This document shows positions 48,755 through 62,039 of a stretch of 64,000 nucleotides of DNA, piece after piece. The stretch is from Squalus acanthias (Eukaryota), in contig CM059432.1 in the NCBI GenBank assembly GCA_030390025.1, forward strand, positions 65,660,001-65,724,000, given 5' to 3'. Each line of letters begins with the position of its first letter. Position 1 is the stretch's first letter. The position numbers were made by a program, and so were the translations under genes. The notes under the pieces are model-generated. The model was not told where the DNA came from and did not search any database. It worked only from the letters and a program-made list of their open reading frames with translations.

Positions 48755-48815
48755 ATCTGAACTGAAAGAGTGAGTGGGGTCTGGGCAAGTTTAACTCAGC
48801 CTGAGCATCCAATCA
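48755..48815 (-). promoter_or_regulatory. Candidate core promoter of the peroxidasin-family gene
   Basis: CCAAT box at 48809-48813 and TATA-like TTAAAC at 48794-48789. An Inr-like TCAGTTC has its A at 48763, about 31 nt downstream and about 50 nt before the ATG. Confidence 0.5.
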
Positions 48816-49460
48816 GACCACAACCAGGATCATATTACAGCACAGGGAGCAGAAAGAATCCAGCAACTTTATCCACAAAACACTGCCAGGATTAGGGTAG
48901 TCCTAATGCTGGGATTTAAAGACACAAAATTACCAGTACAGTTTCGACAAAACAAGGGAAGAGCCAGGGTGATTTATGGGAGGGACAAGAAGAGGGATTT
49001 AAAAACCAATGTCCTTGAAACATCCTCCAACTTATATACTGTAGAGGATGGAATCTTCCACATTACAAACAAGTCTAAACATTAATTCATCTTGGTATCT
49101 AGGATTGTAGCTGGAGAACATTAGCCTTTATGAGAAGGTCTTTTCTTATCCCTCCCCTTTTGGCTCTGACCTCAGATACTATGAAAACATTTTGGAAACT
49201 AAAACTGGACAAGGTGTTCTTGATGAACGTTGGCAATGATTGAATATAATACAAATGTGATACACTCTACCTACATTATGAGGTTTTTAATTATAAAGCT
49301 AATCATGGTAAATTTAATTTAAATCTTAATTTATTGTGCATAAACAATTATTAAGCTAAATATAATTACTAAAAGATTCATGATGGGATGTTTCTTATTT
49401 GCTTAGATTTACACTGTAATATCATTGCATTCTACAGGCTATTCATTTTAGCATATAAAG

Positions 49461-51150
49461 GGTTAAAAATTCAGGGGCTTAACGCCACTCATTACCGGCA
49501 AAAAGTTGCATAAGGAGGGCAGCCACCGCTCTTTCACCAGCTGGTGGCGGGTCCCGCGGCGTCCTCCATTTTCCCAGGCCCGGCAGCGCTGCCAGTAAGA
49601 TCCATCGCCCTGCAAAATAAAATGAGGAAGTGGTGACATCAGTCGGTGGGCATCGGCAACTTAATGTCACCACGGCGAACTTGGATCTTTGCGCTGAGTT
49701 CAGCGCTGGGTCTTGAGCTCACCATGTAAACCTAGCGTGCAGCAGACTAACAGAGGCGCTGTCAGCACCTCTTAAAGGGACACACACATCTTTCAGATAA
49801 GTTTGCATTTACGCCTTTGGACTGTTTTTTTTAAAATTTACTGAAGTAGTGTCTTGCTACAATACATGTTAAAAGATTTTCAAGTATATAGGGTGTGCTG
49901 CTGGACACTTTCAAGGCATCGGATCGTAAAGGAAGGCCTATGAGAAGACAGAAAATGCTGCAAATACTCAGCAGGTCAGGCAACATCCGTGGAGAGAGAA
50001 ACTGAGTTCATTTCTCAGGTCGAGATGCTACCTGACCTGCTGAGTATTTCCAGCATTTTATGCTGTCATTTCAGATTTACAGCATCCGCTCGAAGAGGGA
50101 AAAGGAAGACGCAGAAGAGGAAGAAGCTGAAGAGGAGGAAGCAGAAGGAAGGATGCAACCCAGACAGCCCCTTTCTGGCCGGGATATCTGGGATGGAATC
50201 ATCCACCTGCAGTACCAGTGACCACAACCCCACTTCCCCTTTCAACATTTGTCCCACACCTTACCTTCCATCTGTTACCGATCATCACAGCATCCTCTTG
50301 GCCACAATGCTGAAATAAAAGCCACCACAAAGAAAACTTTCCAATCCAACTTTATGCATCTATTCATCCAATATGACATCAAGAAATGAACTCATCACCC
50401 TTATGCATTCTCTTAGTGACTGTCTTGTGTGTGCCTTTGCCTATCCTATTGGTGTCACACAGTGCTACCCCAGTGGCTGCAGCATGGCTGGTGGAAGGCT
50501 GCTGACTTTCAGTGAGGGAGACTGCAAATGGTCTTGCTGGTCGGCCTTGAGGAGCTGGTAGCTGGGAGTGTCAAATCAAATGACGGTGTTTCTTCTACTT
50601 CTTCTTTCTCCTCTTCCTCTTCTTGGCCAACCACTGGCTGGGCAGGCTGCATTTCTTGGGTATATGGAATGAGGAAGGTACAAGGGTGAAGTTGTGGTGA
50701 GGGGAGGGTGGGAAAGCAAGAGGTGCAGGCCAGAAGGAGGATAACATATGAAGATACCAGCATCTTGTATCCTTTCAGCCCCATCGCTGGCCAAGGGCTC
50801 AGCCATGCCCCTGCCAAGAATGGCCTGCACTGTCTCCTCCAAGGAGGTGAGGTGAGGCTAGGAATCTGAAGTGTGCCTCGTGGTTGATACAGATTGTTGG
50901 TAGGGGAGTGATTGTGAGGGGGCGGGCAGTCGTGCATTGAGCAGTGTGTGAGGCCAGTGGTGCAGTTGGTAGGAGATGGCTTTTGAAGATGCATTCACTG
51001 ACCTTAACCAGTGGTCTGAGGTCATGAAGCTTCTTTGAGCACTGGAGCCAGGTGATGGGGGCAACACTGCTGGCAGTGATGGCCTCGGTGATGTGGTTCC
51101 ACATCGTTCTGTCTGGACTGAAGAACCTTGGTTGGACTGTTGTACATCCG
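49461..51150. mobile_element. Deleted Harbinger remnant (copy 4) with Myb-like exons on the minus strand
   Basis: WNHITEAITASSVAPITWLQCSKKLHDLRPLVK|GTCAGT; MEETVQAILGRGMAE and EETPSFDLTL match copy 3. The left boundary is approximate. Confidence 0.8.
49948..50090. mobile_element. Fold-back Penelope 3'-end mini-insertion
   Basis: Inverted arms aaaatgctgcaaatactcagcaggtcagg / cctgacctgctgagtatttccagcatttt, as at 23162. Confidence 0.8.
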
Positions 51151-53175
51151 TCAACCCAGTCGAACTTGGAAAGGAAGAATATCAGTCATATGCAAAGATT
51201 GCATCATCTATTCAGTAAGCTTGAAACCTCAATTGAAGGGGAAAGCAGCAAAACTTGGAAGCAAGTTGCTTTATCTAAAGGTAAAGGTTTGAGTGTCCAC
51301 GTGGGAAACACAGAATTGAAATGTTCATCTGGAAAACCTGAAACATTACAGGGTCAGAAAAGACTGGAAAATTGATCATCTCGATTGTGCTGTGAGAAGT
51401 CCCGAGACAGGAAGAACTCATTGGGGAAGCTGTGGGTCTGGGAGTTGAAGTAGATGAAGTGGTTATTGGGTATCAGTAATAGTTCTGCAATGGAGGTAGA
51501 TGGTTCAGTCTTTTGCATTAAGATTATTTGGTTAACGCCTGTAGTATTTGAAAGGAATTCTACATAGACCTAGAGAGTCTGATTGATAAATATATAATTA
51601 GTTTGTACTGGAACAAACCAAGCTGTTGTGCTTGTCCCTATGGAGTTTAATCTATAAAGTGTATTTGTTGAATATTATCAATGTTTTCTGTCCATGCTTA
51701 ATGTCCGAGTGTGAAGTCCAGACTCCAGTTGGTTTTCCTTTTTCAGTGTCTTTATCCAAAGTGCACAAAACAAATCTTCTTTGAGCTTTCTGGCTAAATT
51801 TACAAAAGATACAAGAAAGTGTCCAAACTGTACTCACATATTCTGCTCTGGAGTCAGACTGAGAAGTTAAGAACAGCTTAAGAGCTGACCCATATGAGGA
51901 TTTAATTGGAGATCTTAATTTGATAATGGTTAAACTGCCTTTGTTATGCTTTCAAAAATATATTCATTATAACTATTTATAACATAACAAAGAAGATGGC
52001 AACATGCAACAATATGAATGTATTAAAATCACATTTCTGACTTTCAAGGAGTTAATAAAGAACTGTACAGATGTAATTGTTGTATGCACCTCTGTTTTAT
52101 ACACATGATTACTCAATCATATGGTTTCTCTGCTTTTTAAAAAGACACTTTCTTTTAAGGGTTGGTTATAATATCAAATCAAATCTTATTATAAAATCAC
52201 ATTTCAAATTTGTGGGGACCAGAGTTTTTCTTATCAGGGAATCACACTAGTGATGCTCAAATTCCTTTCGGGTTTTAATACTGTCTTTGTTCATAGCCTG
52301 GGAGAAGTTTGTTGTAATAACAATGAGACTCTGCTAGATGTTCAGAAGGATAACTTGCATAATTTAGTTAAACCTATTAAAGATCATTTATAGCTCTTTA
52401 AATATGGGTTGCTATATAACAGCATGTAATATCTCGAGCATTAACGAAAAACTTGCAGCATGCGGAGCTATTTATCATAACTTCGTTGTATTTGTGAGTA
52501 CAACTTGAAAAACACATGACCTAAGCACATGAATCTTACCTTTTGGCTATTTTGTTGGATTTGATAGTGTGAGAAGTTTAATAATTAACTTAGAGACAGT
52601 TACAAGCACTCTAAAAAAAAAAATTATGGCCAAAGCTGATTATGAGCATAGATAGCCACAGAGCTATAAAAACAGAAACTGTTCAATGTAGGTGCAATGA
52701 AAATGGCTTGTAACTTTTTAAGAGTTAAAGTAGCAAGCTATTTCAGATTGCAAGCACAGTTGTTATCGTCTGTCAATACACTTGATGGCCGTCATAGCTA
52801 CACTGTGACCGCACTGAATCAGATACAGCATGTGCCAATACTGTTCAACAATTGCCATATTGAAGGAGAGTGTAGGGAACCATGGTGCAAAATGACTGAG
52901 TGCAAGTAGTTGGGAACACTAGCAGCAGCACAATGTAACTTGATAAGTTATCTCCTGAGATCAGTTCTGCCAGCAACAATGAAGACTAATTGTGCTCTAA
53001 CCACAGATATTGTAGTGTTACGGTTCACTCACTGCTAACTTTTATTAAACTAAGTCATGTCATAATCAGAGCAGTTATATATGTCTGCACAGATAGGAGC
53101 AAGAAAGTTACAATAACTTTTGAATTTGTTTTAGCCAACTTAGCGGGTGCCATTAACCGTGTTAATATCCTGTAC

Positions 53176-53339
53176 CAATGTTCCCTCTAAATTGTCTTTG
53201 TTGTCCATGGCCTGTTTATTTCAATGTGCGGTCCCTTTAAATTTCTACGCATGCACGGTATTTCAAATGTGAGCGGCCTGCGCAGTACCTTACAGATTAC
53301 TGTGCGGTCGCGCACGCACGCAGTTTAGAGGGAGCATTG
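53176..53339. mobile_element. hAT-type MITE (164 bp)
   Basis: TIR CAATGTTCCCTCTAAA / TTTAGAGGGAGCATTG and a perfect 8-bp TSD TCCTGTAC (53168-53175, 53340-53347). Confidence 0.9.
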
Positions 53340-53654
53340 TCCTGTACCACATATGGGTTTATGTCTAACGTGTGTTCAGAGGTCACAAAAGCCAAACTAT
53401 TTGTCACGTGATGCTGTCATTAATGTTTCAATGACAGACTGGCTTGGAGTGCCAACACCATCAATTACAATTGCTGTAATATTGCTAAACACAAAACCTT
53501 TGTTATTTATTCCAAACTCTTGTGTCTAGAGAATTTCTACAATACACCACACAAATGTTTCCAGTAATATCAGAACACTGCACCTATGATACCATTAAGA
53601 TAGTATTAATCCTTGGTTTAAATCACCCTTAGTACAATATCTGATTATTATGTG

Positions 53655-54679
53655 ATCCTATTTCTCATCTACATGCTGCCCCTTGGCGACATTATCCGAA
53701 AACACAGCGTCAGTTTTCACATGTACACTGACGACACCCAGCTCTACCTCACTACCTCTTCTCTCGACCCCTCCACGGTCTCTAAATTGTTAGACTGCTT
53801 GTCTGACATACAGTTCTGGATGAGCAAAAATATTCTCCAATTAAATATTGGGAAAACCAAAGCCATTGTTTTCGGTCCCCACCACAAACTCCGTTCCCTA
53901 GTCACTGACTCCATCCCTCTTCCTAACATCTGTGTGAGGCTGAACCACACTGTTCGCAACCCTGGTGTCATATTTGCCCCTGAAATGAGCTTCCGACCAC
54001 ATATCTGCAGCATAACAAAGACCGCCTACTTCAACCTCCGTAACATCGCCCGTCTTCGCCCTTGCCTCAGCTCATCCGCTGCTGAAACCCTCATCCATGC
54101 CTTTGTTACCTCTAAACTTGCTTATTCCAACAAACTCCTGGCTGGCCTCCCACATTCCACTCTACGTAAACTTGAGGTCATCCAAAACTCGGCTGCCCGT
54201 GTCCTAACTCGCACCAAGTCCCGTTCGCCCATCACCCCTGTGCTCGCTGACCTACATTGGCTCCCGGTTAAGCAACGCCTCAATTTCAAAATTCTCATCC
54301 TTGTTTTCAAATCCCTCCATAGCCTCACCCCTTCCTATCTCTGTAATCTCCTTCAGCCCCACAACCCCCTGAGATATCTGCGCTCTTCTAATTCTGCCCT
54401 CTTGAGCATCCCTGATTATAATCGCTCAATCTTTGGTGGCCGTGCCTTCTGTTGCCTAGGCCCTAAGCTCTGGAATTCCCTGCTTAAACCTCTCTACCTC
54501 TCTTTCCTCCTTTAAGACGCTCCATAAAACCTACCCCTCTGACCAAGCTTTTGGTCTCATGCCCTAATTTATCCGTATGGGGCTCAGTGTCAAATTTTTT
54601 GTCTTACAATACTCCTGTGCAGCGCCTTGGGACGTTTTACTATGTTAAAGGTGCCATATAAATACAAGTTGTTGTTGTT
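53655..54679 (+). mobile_element. L2-clade LINE, 5'-truncated (RT C-terminal half)
   Basis: ORF 53652-54515: LFLIYMLPLG, HMYTDDTQLY, QLNIGKT, IQNSAARVL, LHWLPV. (GTT)n tail. Confidence 0.93.
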
Positions 54680-57399
54680 ATGAAGAGTTTTCAATACTTT
54701 TATTGGAAGGTCATGTCAGTGATAATAATACACATAAATAGTCACAAAATGGTTTATGTACTATAAAGCTGGGGAAGATCAGTGCTGATGTGATTGTTGC
54801 ATGAAGAGAAGATTATAGTGATCTGTTTGACAGTTAAAGCAAAGTACCTGGTATTTGTAAGAGAATGAGTAAAATTATTGTGTCAGCACAGAATTGGGCT
54901 CAACTCTAATGTTTTACTTTTCCATGATTTTCTAATGAGACGAAGAGATTAGAAGTGCTGAAGGGCAATTTGAAGTCACCTGGTTTAAGTCAAGTAAGGT
55001 GACCCATTGCTGTGGGGAAGTGTGGCGTGTTCTTTATTTTGTATTATGACACAAATATAAGTTGCTCTGATTGAATTAAGTGAGTCCTCTCATAACTGCT
55101 GCTCTATATGTTCACCTTACTATGAAATAAAACCGCTTATCGATTCGTGTTAAGCCTTGTCACCAAATTTTTGGTTTGGTCCACCTTCAGAGAGGTTGAA
55201 GAAATACAGGTATAAAGGACATACATATTCAGTCCAGGTCACTATTGTTACACTTGTGGGTTATGATATTGTGCAAGTAGATATAGGGCAGTGGGAGTCC
55301 ATTTCCATTAAAATAAAAAGCTCAGACTACTTGCGGGAGCAACTGACACCACTGAACCGGAGAAAGAATCTACTACAACCCAAATCCATAACATACATCA
55401 ACAACTAACTTTTACTTAAATGATGTAGTGGTCAAAATAAATTTATCTTTAGGTTTGTAAAACATCTATTTAACCTTGTGTGTGTCAATTTCAATCCTTT
55501 TTTGCTGCATACAAAAACCCTGTAAACAGGTACAAAACTATTTTATGGTTTGCGGGAAATAGTGTGATGGAATAAAATGTTTGATTTTTCTTTGAAAGGC
55601 ATATTGTTGCTGCATTGGGAAGTTTTCGCGTTGGATAAGTTTATTTGAACAAGCAAAACAACACTGCTCCTAAAACAATACACAAAATGTCTCCTGTTGT
55701 TGCCAAAGCAAGTGTACACTTTTACAGTGAGTTTTTCTTAGCTTTTAATATAAACTAAAAATTATTGCATTTGTCTGTGTTTATAAAGCTAGTAAAGTAA
55801 CTTACATTATTTTTTCCGCTCCTTTCAGTTTTCTTGAATTTCTGTACTTCTCCTGAAGACAACTGCTCATCCATCAGCTGAACTGGTACCTCCCAGGAGC
55901 CATTTTCAATGTATGATCATAATAAGCAAGCCAATCAAGCATTAAAGTCATTATAGCCAAGCTTAAACCACCCTTGTCTGCAGTTCATACACTCATCTAA
56001 CAGGTGTCACTGGTTAGTAATCAGGAGCAGGTTAGTTGGGACTCAGTAGGATCAACACAATTTTGAAATCAGTGGCTCTTAATCAGGATTTATTTTTATT
56101 GCACTCATGGTGCATGAGCTTAAATTCAATATAAAATCTCCATCACAACAAAGGCAAGTGAAATAATATAGCTCAGTCTGCACAATTGTTAGTGTAAACA
56201 TTTATAAATCTTTATGTCTGGGTAAACATATAAATATTTACAATGATGGCACCAGCTATTAATTGATACAGGAAATGTATTCTGCAAACAAAGGTTTGCA
56301 ATATTGTGAAAACCTTATTGGTGCTCTCAAAGCCAACACTGCCCTCTTCAGGTAGGATTCTGCATCAACAGTTTTGGGATACCCAATCTCAAATTTGGTT
56401 TCTGTTTTTAGGTGTTCGTTATTTTTTCCATTTTCAGTGCTTATGTTGAGCCTATTCTAATTTTCATAAACATTTTATCAGTGCTTAAATATGGCGAAGC
56501 AACTATTGATGAACAAAAAACTTGTCAATAGCTTGTCGCTCACTAACTGATTAGGTTAAACTTTTTGAGAGCCTGTATCACCAGCTGGGCCTCCTATGTA
56601 GTGGGTGGCTTATTGGGAAATCGCACGTGAACAACAAAAGCAAGAGATGGAAAATCACAGGATGTACACCGGTGATTTTCTGGTACAGGGCCCCTTCAGT
56701 GGTGGGAGTTCTGAGAACATTTTATCCAATGCCCCAAATATCCTCACTCATAAAGAGAGCTGTTTCACCACAATTTATCCCAGAAGAAATTTTAAATTAT
56801 CTAAAGTTTGAAAAGGTTTCCGTCATAAATATAGTGGGCTACATTTTTTGGCTCATGGACCAGGCATGTTGGTGGCACCCAAGCAAAACAGAAACATGGG
56901 CTGTCAGAAAATGTGGCAGAGATCAATCTTACTTGAACTCGGTCCATTCTGCGCTGTGTGTAAATTTGTAGTCAGGCCTTTAGGCAGGCATAAGGAGCTC
57001 TTAAGTGAGAGCTTTATTTTAATATTTACAGCTATTGCAATGCATATTAGTGCACATGTAATTCCTCACGATTGTCGTTAGAAATGCACGATGTGCTGAC
57101 TTTGCAGGTATAAAATGGTTCATGGACCAGGCATGTTTTCGGTTCATAGGAATTCAGCACTTAAAAGGGGACTCACTGATGGTAATTTTCTCTTTCGGCT
57201 GCTATAGCAGCAATTCAACTGGATACCATGCCTATGTTTACCACCTCCCTCATAGGGGGTAGAATCTGCTGCAGATGGCCCTGGGATTGCCGGGTGAATC
57301 ACAGAGTACGAGTGAACAGGAGAAAGTGGTAATGCAGGGACAGGAACCTGCTAGTTCTAGAGTAAACTCATGCCCTTATCAGCTGCTAAGCCCAGACAA

Positions 57400-58472
57400 T
57401 TTTTTTTAAATGTATTCATTCACGGAATGTGGGCATCGCTGGCAAGGCCAGCATTTATTGTCCATCCCTAATTGCTCTTGAGAAGGTAGTGGTGAGCCGC
57501 CTTCTTGAACCGCTACAGTCCGTGGGGTGAAGGTACTCCCACAGTGCTGTTAGGTAGGGAGTTCCAGGATTTTTACCCAGCAATGATGAAGGAGCAGCAA
57601 TATATTTCCAAGTCAGAATGGTGTGTGACTTGGAGGTAACAGTGTTCCCATGCGTCTGCTGCCCTTGTCCTTCTAGGTGGTAAAGGTCGCGGATTTGGAA
57701 GGTGCTGTCAAAGAAGCCTTGGCGAGTTGCTGTGGTGCATCTTGTAGATGGTACACACTGCAACCACATTGCACTGATGGTAGAGGGAGTGAATGCTTAA
57801 GGTGGTGGATGGGGTGCCAATCAAGAGGACTGATTTGTCCTGGATGGTGTTGAGCTTCTTGAGTGTTGTTGGAGCTGCACTCATCCAGGCAAGTGGAGAG
57901 TATTCCATAACACTCCTGACTTGTGTCTTGTAGATGGTGGAAAGGCTATGGGGATTCAGGAGATGAGTCACTCACTGCAGAATACCCAGCCTCTGACCGG
58001 CTCTTGTAGCCACAGTATTTATGTGGCTGGTCCAGTTAAGTTTCTGGTCAATGGTGACCCCCAGGATGTTGATGGTGGGGGATTCGACGTTGGTAATGCC
58101 GTTGAATGTCAAGGGGAGGTGGTTACACTCTCTCTTGTTGGAGATGGTCATTGCATGGCACTTGTGTGGCCCGAATGTTACGTGTCACTTACAAACCCAA
58201 GCCTGGATGTTGTCCAGGTTTTGCTGCATGCGGGCACGGACTGCTTCATTATCTGAGGAATTGCAAATGAAACTGAACACTGTGCAATCGTCAGCGATCA
58301 TGCCCACTTCTGACCTTAAGATGGAGGGAAGGTCATTGATGAAGCAGCTGAAGATGGTTGAGCCTAGGACACTGCCCTGAGGATTACATCAAAGTCCTGG
58401 GGCTGAGATGATTGACCTCCAACAACCACAACCATCTTCCTTTGTGCTAGGTATGACTCCAGCCAGTGGAGT
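57400..58472 (-). mobile_element. LINE family 'B' 3' fragment
   Basis: Collinear with 42036-43100; MEYSPLAWMSAAPTTLKKL. Confidence 0.9.
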
Positions 58473-59009
58473 ACATGCACTACATTCAGCCTGCATATAA
58501 TAGAATTTGCTATCTGAGCACCAACATTTCATTTCAGAGTGTGCAGAGCACCCTACGAAATCTGGCAGCAACTGCAGCCTTTGTGCACTTTTACACAAAG
58601 AGTTAACAGAATTGCACATGGCAACTGCAGAACCATCTGTAGCACAGCCCCCATCCTAATAACAGTCACAGTATCCCATCAATTCTCAAATTACTTCTAT
58701 AGAGAGGTGAGCTCCAATCTACAAAAGGTTCTTCTATCCAAGTTCAACCTACGGGGGGGAAGTCAGGTGGAGCGAGCTATTAAACACGGCTTCACTCGCC
58801 CAGGAGTCTGCTCCTGCACAGATTACTAGACATGCTGAGGCAGTGCCCCACAAGAAGGGGCATCACTTGAGTAAGTACAGATGTTGCTACTGCTTCTTAG
58901 AGATGTAACATCCAGTCCATCCAGCATGTTTAAACCCCCCTGCCTCTGCCCCCCCACACAAGATACAAGGAGATAAGTTATGCTGGAAGGATTGTGGAAA
59001 TTTGGCAGG

Positions 59010-59552
59010 ACTCTCATTAACATATTTAATTCAGGCTCCCACAGTGCAATTTGGAGTCTGATTTAAATTTAACAGCTGCTGCCCAGGTTTCCCAAGGCTC
59101 AGGAAACCTGGCAGTAAACGGGAGGTGACAGCTTCTGGCTCAAGAAGTTAAGTGCCTTTTACAGCACTCCTTGTGAACCAGGAGCAGAAGTGCTGCCCCT
59201 GGCCCACAAGGAAGTCTTCGGCCTCCCATCTACCGATTGCGGCCTCTCTTTCTCCCACGCCGCAAATGCAGACTTCCCCCCTCCTGATTGCCTCTTTCTC
59301 CCCCCCCCCCAAAGACTCGATCTCCGGCCTTTCCCCTTCCAGATTGCAGGGGTCTGTTCCCATTGGTCCAAGGCTGCGGCTGCTTGTCTCTGTTTTTTCC
59401 GCCCAGCAGACGGCCAGACTGTCAAGTTGGAAAAAATTATAATGATGGTCTCACACCAGAGAGTGGGCAAGATTGTTGGACTACCAATTTCCCAGTCGCT
59501 CATGCTCAAGGACCATCCAGTGGGGTTCCAACCTACCAAGTGAAAATCTGCC
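59010..59552. mobile_element. Partial Harbinger-type MITE related to 35850
   Basis: Shared hairpin ccaggtttcc...ggaaacctggcag and C-rich core. Ends with AAAATCTGCC. Left end not found. Confidence 0.55.
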
Positions 59553-59745
59553 TTTACAAGGAGGAGCTATTTTAGGGATAAATATAATTAAATTCCATTT
59601 GTATTTCCAAAACAAAAATAATTGTAAATTTGATTTTAACAAAACACATTCAGTGTAGCAAGTGAAGTATAAATTTGACTAAAACAGATAAAGGAAAACA
59701 TTGGATTGTTTGGTCCATTCATCCGACCATGGTAACTCACACAAT

Positions 59746-60503
59746 GGGCCAGAAATTCAGCTTTCCGGCTTCCTGCGGGTGCAAGCATCACGCGTGTACT
59801 TGCCTACCGCGCCTGCAGTTGTGCTTTGGGCCCACGAGGACGTCGGGTCCTGGGCCTCCTCCAGCTGCCGGCGCGCAGTGCTTGTGTATCCCAGGAGCGC
59901 AGTTAGTTCGAAGCGTCCCCTGGGATCATGTGGGCCATGGAGAGCCAATCCTAGCAGGGCATTTTCATTCATAGATTTGACAGGAAGACCTGTCAAATCT
60001 ATAAATAGAGATCGGCCCCAAAACCACACTTAAACTTCAAATACATTTTTTTATCACATTTTTAAAATAACTATAAGTTAAATAAATTAACTACTTTAAA
60101 CAAAAATTTAAATTTTTGAAAAAATTAATTATACTTTGTAACGGTGCTAAAAATAAACTTACCTTTCTTTAAAGTATCTAAAAAAGATAAACCTGTTGAA
60201 AATTTTTTTAAATTGTAATTAATTAACCACTTACCTTGTTAAAAACGGGTCCTGCGCCTCCTTTTTAAAAGCGCAGCTTCTTCTTACTTACCTTCCCGGA
60301 GAAACCTGAAAAAAAACTGAAGTTCGCTGCGTGCGCGCAGCCTCTCCCGCGCACGCGTTCGACTTCTGAACCCCTTCCTTCAGAGGAACGTAAGTTCCGG
60401 TTTCCCGCGCATGCACAGTGCATGCAGGAAACCGGCACTTCAGATGGCCTTACGGGTGAGTACACAGCGCGTACTCACTCGACAACAGCCAAATTTCTGG
60501 CCC
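59746..60503. mobile_element. Harbinger-type MITE (758 bp), related to 27904-28647
   Basis: Perfect 12-bp TIR GGGCCAGAAATT and perfect AAT TSD. Confidence 0.92.
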
Positions 60504-61060
60504 AATATTAAAATGTTCTGCAAGCTGTAGTATTTGTTTAAGAAATCAAATTTATAATTAGTACATAGTAACAAATTAACAGTTTCAGGCAGGAGAAGAC
60601 CTTCTGTCCATCTAACCCACCTACCCACTGTATTCCCCTGGTGCAATTCTAATAATTATGAATCCCATTTGTTGACAAGAACCTGTCTAGTTCCTTCTTG
60701 AAACCCATTAAGGTTTCTTATTCCATCAGCCATGCAATCTATTTCATAAAGAACTTTCAGTTATTGGAGGGGATAAATCTGTCCTACATACTTTGCACCT
60801 TTTTTGTAAAAAAAGTTCTTCCTGCATTGCACGATTTCATTTTGTTGTCCTTAATTTTTAAATATGGATCCTTGTGCTTAAATTCTGTACATGACAGAAA
60901 AGCTTACTTGTATCGAATTTGTTCAAACCGTTGATAATTTTAAACACTTCTATCATATCTCTTCTCAGTCTTCTATCCCATGGGCTTGGACCTTATGCAG
61001 TAGCCTATCATGTGGAACAGTATCAAATGCTTTCCTAAACTCCAGGTAGATAACATCACT

Positions 61061-61242
61061 GGAGGTAATTATAACTTTTATCGCTGGGCGGAAAATGGGT
61101 GATAGCAAATAGGTCACCGTTTTTCACCCAACCCGATTTTCTTCTCCATTGAAGGATAAAATAAAATCGGATTGTGTGTAAAATGGGAAGTCAATTCGCC
61201 ATTATTCATTTTTTGCTCGGCAATAAAAGTTAAAATGACCCC
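61061..61242. mobile_element. Palindromic Harbinger-type MITE (182 bp)
   Basis: GGAGGTAATTATAACTTTTAT / ATAAAAGTTAAAATGACCCC ends, ACT TSD. Confidence 0.8.
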
Positions 61243-61291
61243 ACTGTCTCTCCCCTATCTATTAAGTCTATCATCTCCTCAAAGAAATCAT

Positions 61292-62039
61292 GGCCCGGAT
61301 TTTGCGGTGGTAATGACGGCGAACTATCAGCGTTCGTCATCATTACCCCTCTGAAACTGATCGTAACTTCAGGATTTAACGCATGCGCAGATAAACGTGG
61401 AAATCCTGAAGCAGCGGTCAGTCATTCACTGCTTTGACACTGGCTGTGCTGAGGAACTCCCCATAGCTGACAATCAGTGAAATCAGTTAAACTGACGAAA
61501 ACTTAAGCTTTTCCGATCTAATTACACTGTCAAACACCCAATTAAAAGTTAAGCCTTGTTGGAATAGATGTACCTGGGGTTTTAATGGCGTATTGACTGC
61601 TGAAATACCGTTCTGGCCCTGAAAAACTAATTTTATATTTGTGGAATATCAAATTTCTCCATTATGATAGAAAATGACTAGATTTTTTAAATAATATAAA
61701 AAAATATATTTTTTTTAAAGTTTGTTTATGATATTTCAGATTCTACCTTAACCCAATGTGTAAGTCCCAATCTTTATTTTGCACTTTGTAAAAATTTTTA
61801 AAAGTGAAATGATAATCAGAGCTTTTTACTTTCTGGTTTGCTGTCTGTGAGAATTCTTAGATAGCTAATAACATCACTGCTGCGCTGCGCTGGGGATACC
61901 CTTTTGTCAGCGCTACAATCAATTTAACGTCGAGAAGCCTAAAGTTTTCGCCACAGAGATCGCAAGATCTTTGTGGGCAGCTTTCTTTGAGGTCAGCAGC
62001 AATCACTGTCGCTTCATCACTGATCGCAAATTCCGGGCC
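61292..62039. mobile_element. Harbinger-type MITE (about 750 bp)
   Basis: TIR GGCCCGGATTTTGCG / CGCAAATTCCGGGCC. CR1 sequence continues on both sides. Confidence 0.87.

Noticed and set aside
48501..48812. 103-aa ORF listed in the track
   Set aside because: Wrong frame; the real peroxidasin exon starts at the ATG at 48712.
51150..57300. Exons of a neighbouring gene such as PCMTD1
   Set aside because: No recognisable coding sequence by eye; short or non-coding exons cannot be excluded.
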